Position numbers and translations under genes: made by a program. A stretch of 64,000 nucleotides of DNA from Candidatus Omnitrophota bacterium (GTDB lineage: Bacteria; Omnitrophota; Gorgyraeia; Duberdicusellales; 4484-171). The notes under the pieces are model-generated. The model was not told the DNA's origin and did no database searches. It saw only the letters and a program-made list of their open reading frames with translations. The stretch covers positions 14,770-78,769 of the forward strand of contig JAIPHA010000002.1 of NCBI GenBank assembly GCA_021735445.1, given 5' to 3'. Below, in pieces: positions 29,389 to 38,784 of the stretch (its first letter is position 1; the number at the start of each line of letters is the position of its first letter).

Positions 29389-29524
29389 AAGGGGACGTTT
29401 CCCTCTGTTATAAATCATTGCAAATAAAGGAGTTACAAACCCATATTTTACGCAGATAATTAGAAAATGGCAATTCATAACCTATTGATCAACAAGGATT
29501 TACAAACGAGGGAAACGTCCCCTT
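29389..29524. repeat. Copy A of a ~135-bp element with GC-rich terminal inverted repeats
   Basis: AAGGGGACGTTTCCCTC (29389-29405) is the perfect reverse complement of GAGGGAAACGTCCCCTT (29508-29524). The internal sequence is homologous to 61775-61914. Confidence 0.8.
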
Positions 29525-29568
29525 AATTGGTGGTGCTCTTTATTAGAACAACGCCATGAATACAGGAG

Positions 29569-29596
29569 TTGACTGTTGAAAAGTTTAATTTAAAAT
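29569..29596 (+). promoter_or_regulatory. Sigma70-like promoter positioned for a leaderless transcript of the radical SAM gene
   Basis: TTGACT (29569-29574), 16-nt spacer, TAAAAT (29591-29596), then 6 nt to ATG 29603; no Shine-Dalgarno. Confidence 0.4.
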
Positions 29597-29602
29597 AATT
29601 TT

Positions 29603-30457
29603 ATGACTTTAATCAAGCCTTTTGATCCCTGGCAAAACTCACTTTGCAGCTGCCCGCCAAAATATAGCCTATCTGCTTACACCGGCTGCGCCCACGGTTG
29701 TATTTACTGTTATGCCTCTTCATATATTCCGAAGTTTTACCAGCCCCGGCCTAAAAAAGATTTTATAAAAAGACTAAGAAAAGATGCACCCAAAATACCT
29801 CCCGGTTCAACTATTGCTATATCAAACTCGTCTGACCCCTACCAACCACTGGAAGAAGAACTTAAATTAACTCACCAGCTTTTAAATGTTTTGAAAGCCT
29901 ATGATTTAAAAATTAACTTAATTACAAAATCAAATTTAATTTTAAAAGACCTAAACTTGCTTAAAAAAATAAAAAAAATTTTAATAACTGTATCTCTTAC
30001 TTCCTTAGATGATAGTTTATCAAAAAAATTGGAACCAAATTGCCCTCCAACTTCGAAACGATTAGAAGCTATAAAAAAAATATCGGAATCTATGCCAGTT
30101 GCTATAAGATACGATCCCTTAATCTATCCTCTAAATACAAAAAATATTGGAAAAATGATTCAAGAAATAAAAAAAGCTGGGGCTAGACAAATTATAACTT
30201 CTACTTATAAAGCAAAAACTGATAATTTCAAGCGAATGAAACAAATATTTCCTGAATTTGATAGCCTCTGGGAAAAGTTATACAAAAAGGAAGGGAGCAA
30301 GATAAGTAATTATTTTTATCTCCAAGAAAAAATGCGGAAAGATTTAATAGAAAAAGTCCAAAAAGAAACTTTAAAATTGGGCTTACAATTTTCCAGCTGC
30401 CGGGAAGGATTTCAAAATTTAAATACGGCTAATTGTGATGGAACCAATAACTGCTAA
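29603..30457 (+). CDS. Radical SAM protein (SPL/DNA-photolyase-like subgroup)
   Basis: CAHGCIYCYA (CxxxCxxC) near the N-terminus, 284 aa. Confidence 0.75.
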   Translation: MTLIKPFDPWQNSLCSCPPKYSLSAYTGCAHGCIYCYASSYIPKFYQPRPKKDFIKRLRKDAPKIPPGSTIAISNSSDPYQPLEEELKLTHQLLNVLKAYDLKINLITKSNLILKDLNLLKKIKKILITVSLTSLDDSLSKKLEPNCPPTSKRLEAIKKISESMPVAIRYDPLIYPLNTKNIGKMIQEIKKAGARQIITSTYKAKTDNFKRMKQIFPEFDSLWEKLYKKEGSKISNYFYLQEKMRKDLIEKVQKETLKLGLQFSSCREGFQNLNTANCDGTNNC

Positions 30458-30856
30458 TTATTTCAAAGATATATTAATATTACTTTCCTTTGTAATCGTA
30501 TTATGAATCGGGCAACTTTGAATAAACTTTAAAAAAATTTTTCTTTTTTGGCCTAAATCTGCATCTGTTTCAACTTCTGTATTAAAATCAACTAAGCGCA
30601 GGGGTGAATCTTGCGAGAGTTTAGCAGTTGAGCTAACTAAAAGATTTTTAAATTCTATTTTATGTTTAGCCAGATATTTTTTGGCATAAACACTAATGCA
30701 CCCAGAAAGAGATGATAAAAGCAACTCCAGCGGATTTGGCCCAATTGGTTGACAATCATCTTTTCCTTTATCAATATTTAACTTACTTTCTGAGGGATAG
30801 CCTGTTATTGCAAATACGTCTTCTTGTTGATAATTAGATATCGCTTTAACTTGCAT
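30458..30856 (-). CDS. OsmC/Ohr family protein
   Basis: 132 aa, LLLSSLSGCISVY and SCPIHNTI Cys motifs typical of the OsmC fold. Confidence 0.75.
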   Translation of the reverse strand: MQVKAISNYQQEDVFAITGYPSESKLNIDKGKDDCQPIGPNPLELLLSSLSGCISVYAKKYLAKHKIEFKNLLVSSTAKLSQDSPLRLVDFNTEVETDADLGQKRKIFLKFIQSCPIHNTITKESNINISLK

Positions 30857-30873
30857 AAATATACCTCCATTAA

Positions 30874-32595
30874 TTAAATACCAAATAATTTTAAAATATA
30901 GTTTAAAAGGCCTCCCACTATTGTAGCCGTAAAAAGCATGATCAAAATTGACTTTATCATATCTTTTATACCGATTTCTTTGACTAAAACAATAAAAGTT
31001 GCCATACAGGGAAAATAAACGCCTAAAATAGTAGCGCCGACAATCAACTGCCTTAAACTTAGGCCAAGCGGCCGAAGCATCCCCACCGCTACGTCTTTAC
31101 GTAAAAAACCTACTACCAATGCCCCAATCGCTTCTTTAGGGAGTTGCCAAATTTTTGTTATAACCGGAGAAAATATATTAGCAAAAAAATCAATGATTCC
31201 AAAAAAATTTAATAAATTTACTACCAATATTCCTAAAAGGACAAGCGGTATAGCCTCTTTAAAAAAAGAACTAATTCTTAACCATATTTTTTTTGCCGCG
31301 CTTGTAAAATGCGGCCTTCGGTAAGGCGGGACTTCTATCAAAATTTCAGGGCTCTCTCCTTTTGCGAAAAAATTCATCAATTTCCCCAGGCTAAACCAAA
31401 CCAAAAATAAAGAGAAAAAAACAATAAATATATATTGACCCCCGTAACGGCCTAATAAATTTATAATCATTGCAGTTTGAGCCATACAGGGAACAGCCAC
31501 AGCAAGCAGGGTCGCCGCAATAAATTTTTCCCTTCTTTCTTCAAATAACCTGGTCGCCAAAGCACCCGGCACATTGCAGCCCAAACCTAATATCATCGGA
31601 ACTATCGCATAGCCGTGCAACCCTAATTTATGAAACACTCTATCTCCTAAAATTGCCAGGCGGGGTAGGTAACCCCAATCTTCTAAAAACCCTAGAACAA
31701 GATAAAAACTAAAAATATAAGGAAAAACCATAGCTAGAGGAACATAAACTCCTGTTGTGATTACCCCAAAAGACACCCCGTAATCTATCGAGCCTTCCAG
31801 CAAATTCCCTATCAATAAATTATGCAAAAAAGTACCTTCCCCTAAAATTGAACTTAACTGCATAACTACCGGAGTATAAAAATTATTAAATAAGGGGTCG
31901 AACAAATAGTTAATCAGGCTTTCCCCGACAAACCTTACCAGAGAAAACGATAAAAATATAATTCCGGCTGCAATAAAAAAACAAAAAGGCGGACGAATGC
32001 TTATTTCTTCTAAAACATTTAAAAAACTATGATGGCGATGGGTAAGTTTTTGAACTTTTTCGATAATTTTGCCGATTTCTATCCACAAAGGCTCTTTTAA
32101 GTCTTTAAGATGAGACTTTTTAGCTTTGTTAATTGCAAAAACTAAATCTTTTATCCCTTCCCCGCTTAAAGCGCAAGTTGCTACAACCGGCACTCCTAAA
32201 AAATCCTCTAACTTTTTAATATCTATATCAACGCCTTTGTGCTTTGTCTCATCCCACATATTCAAAACAACGATTAAAGGCTTATTTTTTTTACGAATCA
32301 ATTCTAAGGTAAGATAAAGATTTCTTTCTAAATTAGTAGCATCAATAACATCAATAACTAAATCAGCCTCATCTATTAAATCAATAGCTACTTGCTCTGC
32401 TTTAGTCGAAGGTTCCAAACTATAAGAACCGGGAGTATCTATCACCTCAGCCTTTATGTTAAAAAAATGCATCTTACCTTTAGCAAAACTCACTGTTGTC
32501 CCCGGATAATTTGAAGCGATAACCCTTGCCCCGGTAAGACGGTTAAAGACCACGCTTTTGCCAACATTAGGATTCCCGGTTAAAACTACTTTCAT
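30874..32595 (-). CDS. feoB: Ferrous iron transporter FeoB
   Basis: N-terminal G domain GNPNVGKSVVFN, DTPG, NMWD, followed by a polytopic membrane domain. Confidence 0.9.
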   Translation of the reverse strand: MKVVLTGNPNVGKSVVFNRLTGARVIASNYPGTTVSFAKGKMHFFNIKAEVIDTPGSYSLEPSTKAEQVAIDLIDEADLVIDVIDATNLERNLYLTLELIRKKNKPLIVVLNMWDETKHKGVDIDIKKLEDFLGVPVVATCALSGEGIKDLVFAINKAKKSHLKDLKEPLWIEIGKIIEKVQKLTHRHHSFLNVLEEISIRPPFCFFIAAGIIFLSFSLVRFVGESLINYLFDPLFNNFYTPVVMQLSSILGEGTFLHNLLIGNLLEGSIDYGVSFGVITTGVYVPLAMVFPYIFSFYLVLGFLEDWGYLPRLAILGDRVFHKLGLHGYAIVPMILGLGCNVPGALATRLFEERREKFIAATLLAVAVPCMAQTAMIINLLGRYGGQYIFIVFFSLFLVWFSLGKLMNFFAKGESPEILIEVPPYRRPHFTSAAKKIWLRISSFFKEAIPLVLLGILVVNLLNFFGIIDFFANIFSPVITKIWQLPKEAIGALVVGFLRKDVAVGMLRPLGLSLRQLIVGATILGVYFPCMATFIVLVKEIGIKDMIKSILIMLFTATIVGGLLNYILKLFGI

Positions 32596-32819
32596 TGTAC
32601 CTCTACCAATATTTTCGAAGCCATGCCTTTGCCTAAAGCAAGCTGAGTACCGTTTACGCTAATCACTACAGGCCCGCCTCGGGAATAACCGGCTACTTTT
32701 TTTATCTTAGCGCCTTCTCTTATCCCTAAATTATTAAACCGGATGATTAAACCCCTTCCTCCTTTGATAGCTACAATTTTTCCCGCCTGGTTAGGATTGA
32801 GCTGTAATAAACTAATCAT
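32592..32819 (-). CDS. feoA: Ferrous iron transport protein FeoA
   Basis: 75 aa SH3-like FeoA (..GIREGAKI..V.VNGTQLALGKGMA); 4-nt overlap with feoB. Confidence 0.85.
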   Translation of the reverse strand: MISLLQLNPNQAGKIVAIKGGRGLIIRFNNLGIREGAKIKKVAGYSRGGPVVISVNGTQLALGKGMASKILVEVQ

Positions 32820-32821
32820 CG

Positions 32822-33298
32822 TTAAACTTTATCCTGGCGCATCCTGCAATTAAGACGCTTTCCTGTCTTCTCGAAATTATCGAAACTCTTTAACCATTGC
32901 GGCCGGCCCGAGTACGGAGAATCTTCGATAAAATTAATAAAATTAGTTAATTTCCTAGCGGTATCTTTGCTTATAGAATGTTCCATACGGCAAGCATCTT
33001 CGCGGGCAGTTTTTTGATCAATTTTTAAGACTTCTTTTAGAAATTTAACTAAAGTATTGTGGCGCCGGGCAATAGTTTTTGCCAGCCTATCCCCTCTTTT
33101 AGTAAGCTCGACATTTCCATAACGCTTATGTTTTACTAAACCTTTTTTGGACAAAACTCCCAGGGCCTCGCTTACACTGGGATTTTTAACTCCCAATTCT
33201 TCCCCGATATCTTTTACCCGGACAACTTCATTTTTTTCTTTTAAAAAAACAATCGCTTCCAGATAATCTTCCATATTTGAACTTATCGTTTGTGTCAT
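32822..33298 (-). CDS. DtxR/MntR family metal-dependent repressor
   Basis: MEDYLEAI.. wHTH, ..ARRHNTLVKFL.. and ..CRMEHSIS metal-site residues; first gene of the feoAB operon. Confidence 0.88.
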   Translation of the reverse strand: MTQTISSNMEDYLEAIVFLKEKNEVVRVKDIGEELGVKNPSVSEALGVLSKKGLVKHKRYGNVELTKRGDRLAKTIARRHNTLVKFLKEVLKIDQKTAREDACRMEHSISKDTARKLTNFINFIEDSPYSGRPQWLKSFDNFEKTGKRLNCRMRQDKV

Positions 33299-33335
33299 TT
33301 TTTACCTTTATTTTTTAAAGGCCCTTTTTTTATTG

Positions 33336-33354
33336 TTAGGTAAGCCTAACATAT
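33336..33354 (-). promoter_or_regulatory. DtxR/IdeR-type operator upstream of the dtxR-feoA-feoB operon
   Basis: TTAGGTAAGCCTAACATAT matches the 19-bp consensus TWAGGTWAGSCTWACCTWA at 17/19 positions (hand count). It lies 38-56 nt upstream of the dtxR start and just downstream of a TTGACA hexamer (rc of 33366-33371). Confidence 0.6.
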
Positions 33355-33410
33355 ATAATATACCCTGTCAAGCCTATTAAAAAAATCTTTTAATTCATTT
33401 ACAAAATTAT

Positions 33411-34028
33411 TTAGCTAGAGGCTTTGACCGCAACAAAACCACCTTCTTTAAAGCCCTTTTTTGATTTATTAGGCTTCTCTAATTTGTTGGGAAAGTTAAA
33501 TAAGGTTTGATAAAAAGAAAGGTTATTAAACCCTTGTGTTTTAAGCAATTCGGAAATTTCAGAAATGGAAAAAAACGTGGCTTCTTTATAAAAAATACTC
33601 TCTTTTTCCTGATAAAATTTTCCCAAAAAACTGTTTCTATCTATTATTGCAACAACAATCTCACCACTTTCTTTTAATACCCTTTTCGCTTCAGCTAAAA
33701 CTTTAGCCGGAAATTCGGTAAAACAAATTGTAATAATAATTGTTAAATAATCGAAAAAATTGTCTTTAAAAGGGATTTCCTCTCCTCTAGCTAAAATACA
33801 TCTTATTTTTCTTTTTTTAGCAATTTTTAACATGCCCAGAGAAAAATCTATCCCAAATTCAGTACCCAATTCTTTAGCAAACCGGCCGGTGCCTACCCCT
33901 ACTTCTAGTCCTCTTTTTTCTTTTGGAACTATTTTTTTTAGTAATTCTAATTCGGATAAATAAGCAAATTGATTTATATCATACCAATTATCATATTTTT
34001 TAGAATTTTTATCAAAAATATTCCTCAT
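33411..34028 (-). CDS. Class I SAM-dependent methyltransferase
   Basis: Motif I LEVGVGTGRF, 205 aa. Confidence 0.75.
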   Translation of the reverse strand: MRNIFDKNSKKYDNWYDINQFAYLSELELLKKIVPKEKRGLEVGVGTGRFAKELGTEFGIDFSLGMLKIAKKRKIRCILARGEEIPFKDNFFDYLTIIITICFTEFPAKVLAEAKRVLKESGEIVVAIIDRNSFLGKFYQEKESIFYKEATFFSISEISELLKTQGFNNLSFYQTLFNFPNKLEKPNKSKKGFKEGGFVAVKASS

Positions 34029-34055
34029 CTTGGTGGAAAAATATTAATAATTAAA

Positions 34056-34793
34056 CTATTTTGTAATTACAACCGGTTTGCTTTTTCTGATTAAAAGGGT
34101 GTGTTCAAAATGAGCCGTTTGTGATTTATCTTTAGCATAAACATCCCAGCCATTAGCAGCTACCTCAACTTCATGGCTTCCGGTAAAAGCCATCGGTTCA
34201 ATCGCAATAATCATCCCTTCTTCTAATTTGGCACCTTCTCCTGGTATGCCAAAGTTAGGAATAGATGGTGATTCATGCATAGCTTTCCCCAAACCATGGC
34301 CGCAATATTTTCTCATAACTGAAAACCCCTGGCTTTCTATAACATTTTGGACGGTATAGCCGATATCCCCGGTAGTGTTGCCAACTCTGGCAACTTTAAT
34401 TGCTTCATCTAAGGCTTTTTTTGTTGTTTTAACTAATTTTTTTTCTTCCTTTGAAATTTTTCCCACGATATAACTATAAGCTGAATCAGCATGCCAGCCT
34501 TTGTAATCAACCACTATATCAACTTTAATTATATCTCCGTTTTTTACTTTTTTTTCAGAAGGGATACCATGAATTATATTATCGTTAAATGACACACACA
34601 CCGATTCCGGAAAACCGCCATAGCCTTTACTGGATAAATTATAATTCGGAAAATTATTTTTTAGAAATTCTTCTGCAAAATTATTTATATCCAATCCGGT
34701 AACTCCCGGTTTTATAAACTTTTTTAGCTTCTTTAAAATTAAAGAAAGTGCATGTCCGGCTTTTTTTAAACTTTTTAAATCTTCCTTATTCAT
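34056..34793 (-). CDS. map: Type I methionine aminopeptidase
   Basis: 245 aa with the metal ligand pattern D..D..H..E..E (..DIVVDYKGWHADSA.., GHGLG, IAIEP, FEHT). Confidence 0.92.
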   Translation of the reverse strand: MNKEDLKSLKKAGHALSLILKKLKKFIKPGVTGLDINNFAEEFLKNNFPNYNLSSKGYGGFPESVCVSFNDNIIHGIPSEKKVKNGDIIKVDIVVDYKGWHADSAYSYIVGKISKEEKKLVKTTKKALDEAIKVARVGNTTGDIGYTVQNVIESQGFSVMRKYCGHGLGKAMHESPSIPNFGIPGEGAKLEEGMIIAIEPMAFTGSHEVEVAANGWDVYAKDKSQTAHFEHTLLIRKSKPVVITK

Positions 34794-34956
34794 TATTCTT
34801 TACCATAATAATTATACTCGAAATAATCAATAACCAAACAAGATACAATACCCAAATTCAAATAACCAAACTTTTTGCTTAATTATTGAGTATTGGGATT
34901 TGAAATTTGTTTGTATCTTGTAACTTGTATCTTGTATCTTTCGTAGTTACCCCTTA

Positions 34957-35622
34957 CTATTTCCCCAAAAGCTGCTTAGGGATAGATATATCTACCACAA
35001 TAACTTCTCCGCAAAAGCCTGGCCCCTGATTTTTTACTAAACCCGTCTTAACTGCTGCAAAAGTAGCAGTTTTATCAGCTTTTACGCAAGCTCCTAAAAC
35101 ATTGCCTTCTGTAGCATCAAGCCCGGAAGGTAAATCAATTGCAAGAACCTTTTTTTTATTCTCATTAATTGTTTGGATGGACTGGAAATAAGGCTCTCTG
35201 ATATTTCCAGTTATTCCTATCCCAAATATTGCATCGATTACCAATTCTGAATTTATAATTTCATTTTCTAAATTTTTAAAATCATCTTTTTTAGCTAATT
35301 CATAAACAGAAGCATTCATTTTTTCTAAAATAGAAAAATTTATTTTAGCATCCCCTTTTAATTGATCCCGCTTACAGGTTAAAAAAGTTAAAATATTAAT
35401 TCCCTTATTTATAAGATGCCGCGCACAAACAAAACCATCACCGCCGTTATTACCCTTGCCACAAACACAAACCACCTTGCTCCTTTTATCTAAAAGCATA
35501 TTGTAAGCAATATCAGCGGCTCCTCTGCCGGCATTTTCCATTAAAATCAGCGAAGGAATTCCAAACTCCTCAATCGCGGTTTTGTCTATTCTTTTCATCT
35601 GGTCAGCAGTTATGTTTTTCAT
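34957..35622 (-). CDS. nnrE: NAD(P)H-hydrate epimerase (YjeF N-terminal domain only)
   Basis: 221 aa, CGKGNNGGDGF motif. Confidence 0.8.
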   Translation of the reverse strand: MKNITADQMKRIDKTAIEEFGIPSLILMENAGRGAADIAYNMLLDKRSKVVCVCGKGNNGGDGFVCARHLINKGINILTFLTCKRDQLKGDAKINFSILEKMNASVYELAKKDDFKNLENEIINSELVIDAIFGIGITGNIREPYFQSIQTINENKKKVLAIDLPSGLDATEGNVLGACVKADKTATFAAVKTGLVKNQGPGFCGEVIVVDISIPKQLLGK

Positions 35623-35627
35623 AATTA

Positions 35628-36290
35628 TTATTTATGCTGATGAATTTCTTCATTTCTTTCTTTTACAAACAAAAGAGGGAAAGCTATATCACTTATACAA
35701 CAAGGCAACCAAACAGCTATAAATAAAAAAGCAAAAATGGCTAAATACAGCCAAGGATTAAGTTCTTTTCCCAAAGCCATAATGATATGAAAAAGTGAGG
35801 CCCAAGTACTTAATAATACATGGCCGGCGTGAGGGAATTTAGTCCGCGGCCAAAAATAAGCAATCGCCACTCCCAAAATCGCCAAAGGGTTAATCAGCCA
35901 CCATTTTTCAATAAAACCTAAATGAATTTCCCGGTTAGGCAATCCTAATAAAATTTCAGCTAAATAAGGAATAATACAATCACTTAAAGTCGCAATGCCA
36001 ATTGCTCCAAAATAACCAATTACTAACAAAACCCAAACATTGCATCTACGCTTTGAACTAGGGCAACTGTAGAAAGAATACATTGAGGTTGTAACTAATG
36101 CGCTTAAAACTACATGGGCAGGATGAAGTGTATAAAATATATTATAAGAAATATTTTCCGGTAAGTTTTTTAAAAAAACCATAACAATTACACCCGTAAC
36201 TGCCCCAAAAACTGTAAACCAAATATGGTGCCTTAATTCTTTATAAATTAGCTTTAGCACTTTAACCCCCTTATGCAACAGTTTTGTCAC
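35628..36290 (-). CDS. His-rich polytopic membrane protein, function unknown (candidate metal transporter)
   Basis: About six hydrophobic helices by eye. His residues inside or flanking helices (LHPAHVV, PHAGHVLLSTWASLFH) and a C-terminal EEIHQHK tail. No family recognised with confidence. Confidence 0.55.
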   Translation of the reverse strand: MTKLLHKGVKVLKLIYKELRHHIWFTVFGAVTGVIVMVFLKNLPENISYNIFYTLHPAHVVLSALVTTSMYSFYSCPSSKRRCNVWVLLVIGYFGAIGIATLSDCIIPYLAEILLGLPNREIHLGFIEKWWLINPLAILGVAIAYFWPRTKFPHAGHVLLSTWASLFHIIMALGKELNPWLYLAIFAFLFIAVWLPCCISDIAFPLLFVKERNEEIHQHK

Positions 36291-36294
36291 ATAA

Positions 36295-37005
36295 TCATAT
36301 AGTGATAGTTTTCCCTACCTTAACAGAAATATATTTATTTCCAAAAATTTGCCTAAAAATTTGTTGAGCCCCATAACCTGTACAATGAGTGGGGCCAACA
36401 TACTTTACAGCTAAATCCTTGAGCTTTTGCCCAATCAATTTTATCTCCCTTATCTCTTTATTGATAAGATGGAAACCGCCAAAAACTAAATGAATATCTT
36501 CCTTCACAAAAATTTTTTTTACCTGCTCAACTATTTTTACTGCTCCCGGATGAGAACAACCTGTAATAACCACTAACCCTTTTTGGGATTTTACTACCAG
36601 AGACTGTTCAGAAATTTTCATAGATTTATAAAATCCAAATATTTCCCCGGTAGTATAAATATTAGGTTTTACCTGCAAAGGGCTACTGCTTTCGATTAAT
36701 TCTGCGCCTGAATTTTTTATTTTGTTTTTAGTTTGACTAGAAAAATCCCGACAGCCATAAACCTTTAAATCCTTTTTTAGTTCTAGCAAAGGCCCAAGGC
36801 CGCCGGTATGATCCCAATGATCATGGGAAATCACTGCCTTTTCAATAGAATTTATATTTATCCCTTCAGATTCTAAATTAGAAAGTAAAAGATTTCCGTC
36901 TTCTCCTGTATCAAACAAAACTCCGTCTATAAATACAGAAAAGCCCCAACCGGTTTTGAATTTGGGGCTAATAGCATCTTTATCGAATAATATCTTAAAA
37001 TCCAT
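36295..37005 (-). CDS. MBL-fold metallo-hydrolase
   Basis: HDHWDHTGG metallo-beta-lactamase motif, 236 aa. Confidence 0.75.
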   Translation of the reverse strand: MDFKILFDKDAISPKFKTGWGFSVFIDGVLFDTGEDGNLLLSNLESEGININSIEKAVISHDHWDHTGGLGPLLELKKDLKVYGCRDFSSQTKNKIKNSGAELIESSSPLQVKPNIYTTGEIFGFYKSMKISEQSLVVKSQKGLVVITGCSHPGAVKIVEQVKKIFVKEDIHLVFGGFHLINKEIREIKLIGQKLKDLAVKYVGPTHCTGYGAQQIFRQIFGNKYISVKVGKTITI

Positions 37006-37043
37006 ATTTTTGATTATATCTCTTTATAAAAAAAATTAAAGCA

Positions 37044-37925
37044 CTACCCATATAATAAAATTATATCCTTTATCTTACATCCAATATCTTTGGTTACCAC
37101 CGGGCATTTTGCCATAAAAAGGAAAAAAACAGGACGCTTGCTTTTTTTATACAACGCTTCAAAATTACCTTGGCCTTTGCTTATTACCATATCAGCTAAT
37201 TTAAACTTTTTTAAAAAATCTTTTGAGCATATTGAAAGAATTGTCCCCGGCGAATCACAACCGCTTGAAATTATCTCTGCATGGCTATCTATGCCGCACA
37301 TATAAGCATCTTCGGCTAACGCATCATTTATTATTGGTTTTTCTTTAACCACATAGATAATATCTTTTTTTGGATATTTTTCTTTTATCTGTTCAATTAA
37401 AATTCTATCAAAAACAATTTCTCCAGCATTATCTCCCAAATAAATAATACATTTGGCTTGTTTTAATTCTTTTTTAAATTCAGGATAATTAAAAATAGCT
37501 TTTGATTCATGCCTTATAGCTTCGCTTTCTTCTGCTAAAATATTATCTATTTCTCTGTCTACGTCTAAACTATGCTTTACTCCGTAATCGATGATATTTC
37601 CCGCAATAGCAAGCTCTAGCGAAAACAATAGAGGATCTTTTGCGTTTTTTACCTTATCTTTTAACTTTGGATAAAAGCTTAAAGCTAATTTATTGCTTTT
37701 TTCCTTTATTTCTTTATAAGGATCTCTTTTTTTGGTAATCTCTCTTACCTTATTATAAATAAATTTACCCATCTGCGGCGGACAACTATCTAAGGAAAAT
37801 CTTTCTAGCTCTTTAGACAAACTAATTAAAACTTCTCTTTGAACAGCTTCAGAGGCTTTGGCTAAACGGGCTGCGTCTAAGGCTTGTTTAAAAAAACAAG
37901 GAATGCAATCCAGGTAAGTTTTCAT
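37044..37925 (-). CDS. DUF89 / ARMT1-like damage-control phosphatase family protein
   Basis: MKTYLDCIPCFFKQALD start and ..GDNAGEIVFD.. / ..SKGQGNFE.. motifs as recalled for DUF89. Confidence 0.72.
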   Translation of the reverse strand: MKTYLDCIPCFFKQALDAARLAKASEAVQREVLISLSKELERFSLDSCPPQMGKFIYNKVREITKKRDPYKEIKEKSNKLALSFYPKLKDKVKNAKDPLLFSLELAIAGNIIDYGVKHSLDVDREIDNILAEESEAIRHESKAIFNYPEFKKELKQAKCIIYLGDNAGEIVFDRILIEQIKEKYPKKDIIYVVKEKPIINDALAEDAYMCGIDSHAEIISSGCDSPGTILSICSKDFLKKFKLADMVISKGQGNFEALYKKSKRPVFFLFMAKCPVVTKDIGCKIKDIILLYG

Positions 37926-38779
37926 AATTGACTATTTAATTTAAACCAAATATTTGCTACTATTTTTTTGATATTATCACTGGCAGCTTCCGGCAAAGTT
38001 TTTTGAGCTGTAATAGCTTCAACCACCGACTTATCAAATGGCAGTTTACCTAATATGTCTATATTATCTTCTTTACAATATTTTTCAATTTTTTCATTCA
38101 CCTCTAAATTAAGATCAAATTTATTTATAATTAATTTAACCGGAATTCTAAAATGTTTTGCTACCTTAATCACCCTCTTTGCATCTGCTAATCCAGACAA
38201 AGTTGGCTCAGTTACAACAATCGCACAATCAGCTCCCGATAAAGAAGCAATCACCGGACAACCTATCCCTGGAGAACCATCTACAATAATAAAAGACGCT
38301 TTTTGTTTTTTAGCTAACTCTTTCGCTTTTTTCTTAACCAAAGCCACAAGCTTTCCTGAATTTTCCTCAGCTATACCAAGCCTTGCATGGACAAAAGGGC
38401 CAAAGCGAGTATCGGATACAAACCATTGTCCGGATAGATTTTCTTTCATCTGAATTGCCGAAGCCGGACAAACATTACTACAAAATGCACACCCTTCGCA
38501 AGAGATAGGATCAATAGTAAAATCTGAATAAACTGCTGAAAATCTACAAACTTCTAAACACTTACCGCAAGCTATGCATTTATTCTTATCTACGACTGCC
38601 GTTGCCCCAGAACGAAATTTACCTTCTTCTTTGATTTGAGGCCTAAGTAAAAGATGAAGATCAGCAGCGTCAACATCGCAATCAGCCATTACCTTATTTT
38701 TAGCTAAATATGCTAATGCCGCTGTTACCACAGTTTTTCCCGTTCCGCCTTTACCGCTAATTACAACGATTTCTTTCAT
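37922..38779 (-). CDS. MinD/ParA-superfamily P-loop ATPase with inserted 2x[4Fe-4S] ferredoxin domain (COG1149 type)
   Basis: Deviant Walker A SGKGGTGKT. Inserted CIACGKCLEVC and CEGCAFCSNVCP motifs; Walker B IIVDGSPG. Confidence 0.8.
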   Translation of the reverse strand: MKEIVVISGKGGTGKTVVTAALAYLAKNKVMADCDVDAADLHLLLRPQIKEEGKFRSGATAVVDKNKCIACGKCLEVCRFSAVYSDFTIDPISCEGCAFCSNVCPASAIQMKENLSGQWFVSDTRFGPFVHARLGIAEENSGKLVALVKKKAKELAKKQKASFIIVDGSPGIGCPVIASLSGADCAIVVTEPTLSGLADAKRVIKVAKHFRIPVKLIINKFDLNLEVNEKIEKYCKEDNIDILGKLPFDKSVVEAITAQKTLPEAASDNIKKIVANIWFKLNSQL

Positions 38780-38784
38780 AATTG

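Noticed and set aside
29417-29507. Internal direct repeats of the 135-bp element (ATTGCAAATAAAGGAGTTACAAAC at 29417-29440 and ATTGATCAACAAGGATTTACAAAC at 29484-29507) considered as a mini CRISPR array
   Set aside because: There are only two imperfect repeats per copy, and the whole unit, including the putative spacer flanks, is itself duplicated at 61.8 kb. No cas genes are in the window, and the terminal inverted repeats are not a CRISPR feature.
34830-34945. Low-complexity repeats (ACCAAACAAGATACAATACCCAAATTCAAATAACCAAAC and CTTGTAT units) with a 10-bp inverted repeat ACAAGATACA/TGTATCTTGT between nnrE and map
   Set aside because: The pairing is limited to 10 bp across a ~60-nt loop and the remainder does not align. 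This is consistent with simple-sequence drift in an AT-rich spacer; no second copy in the window.
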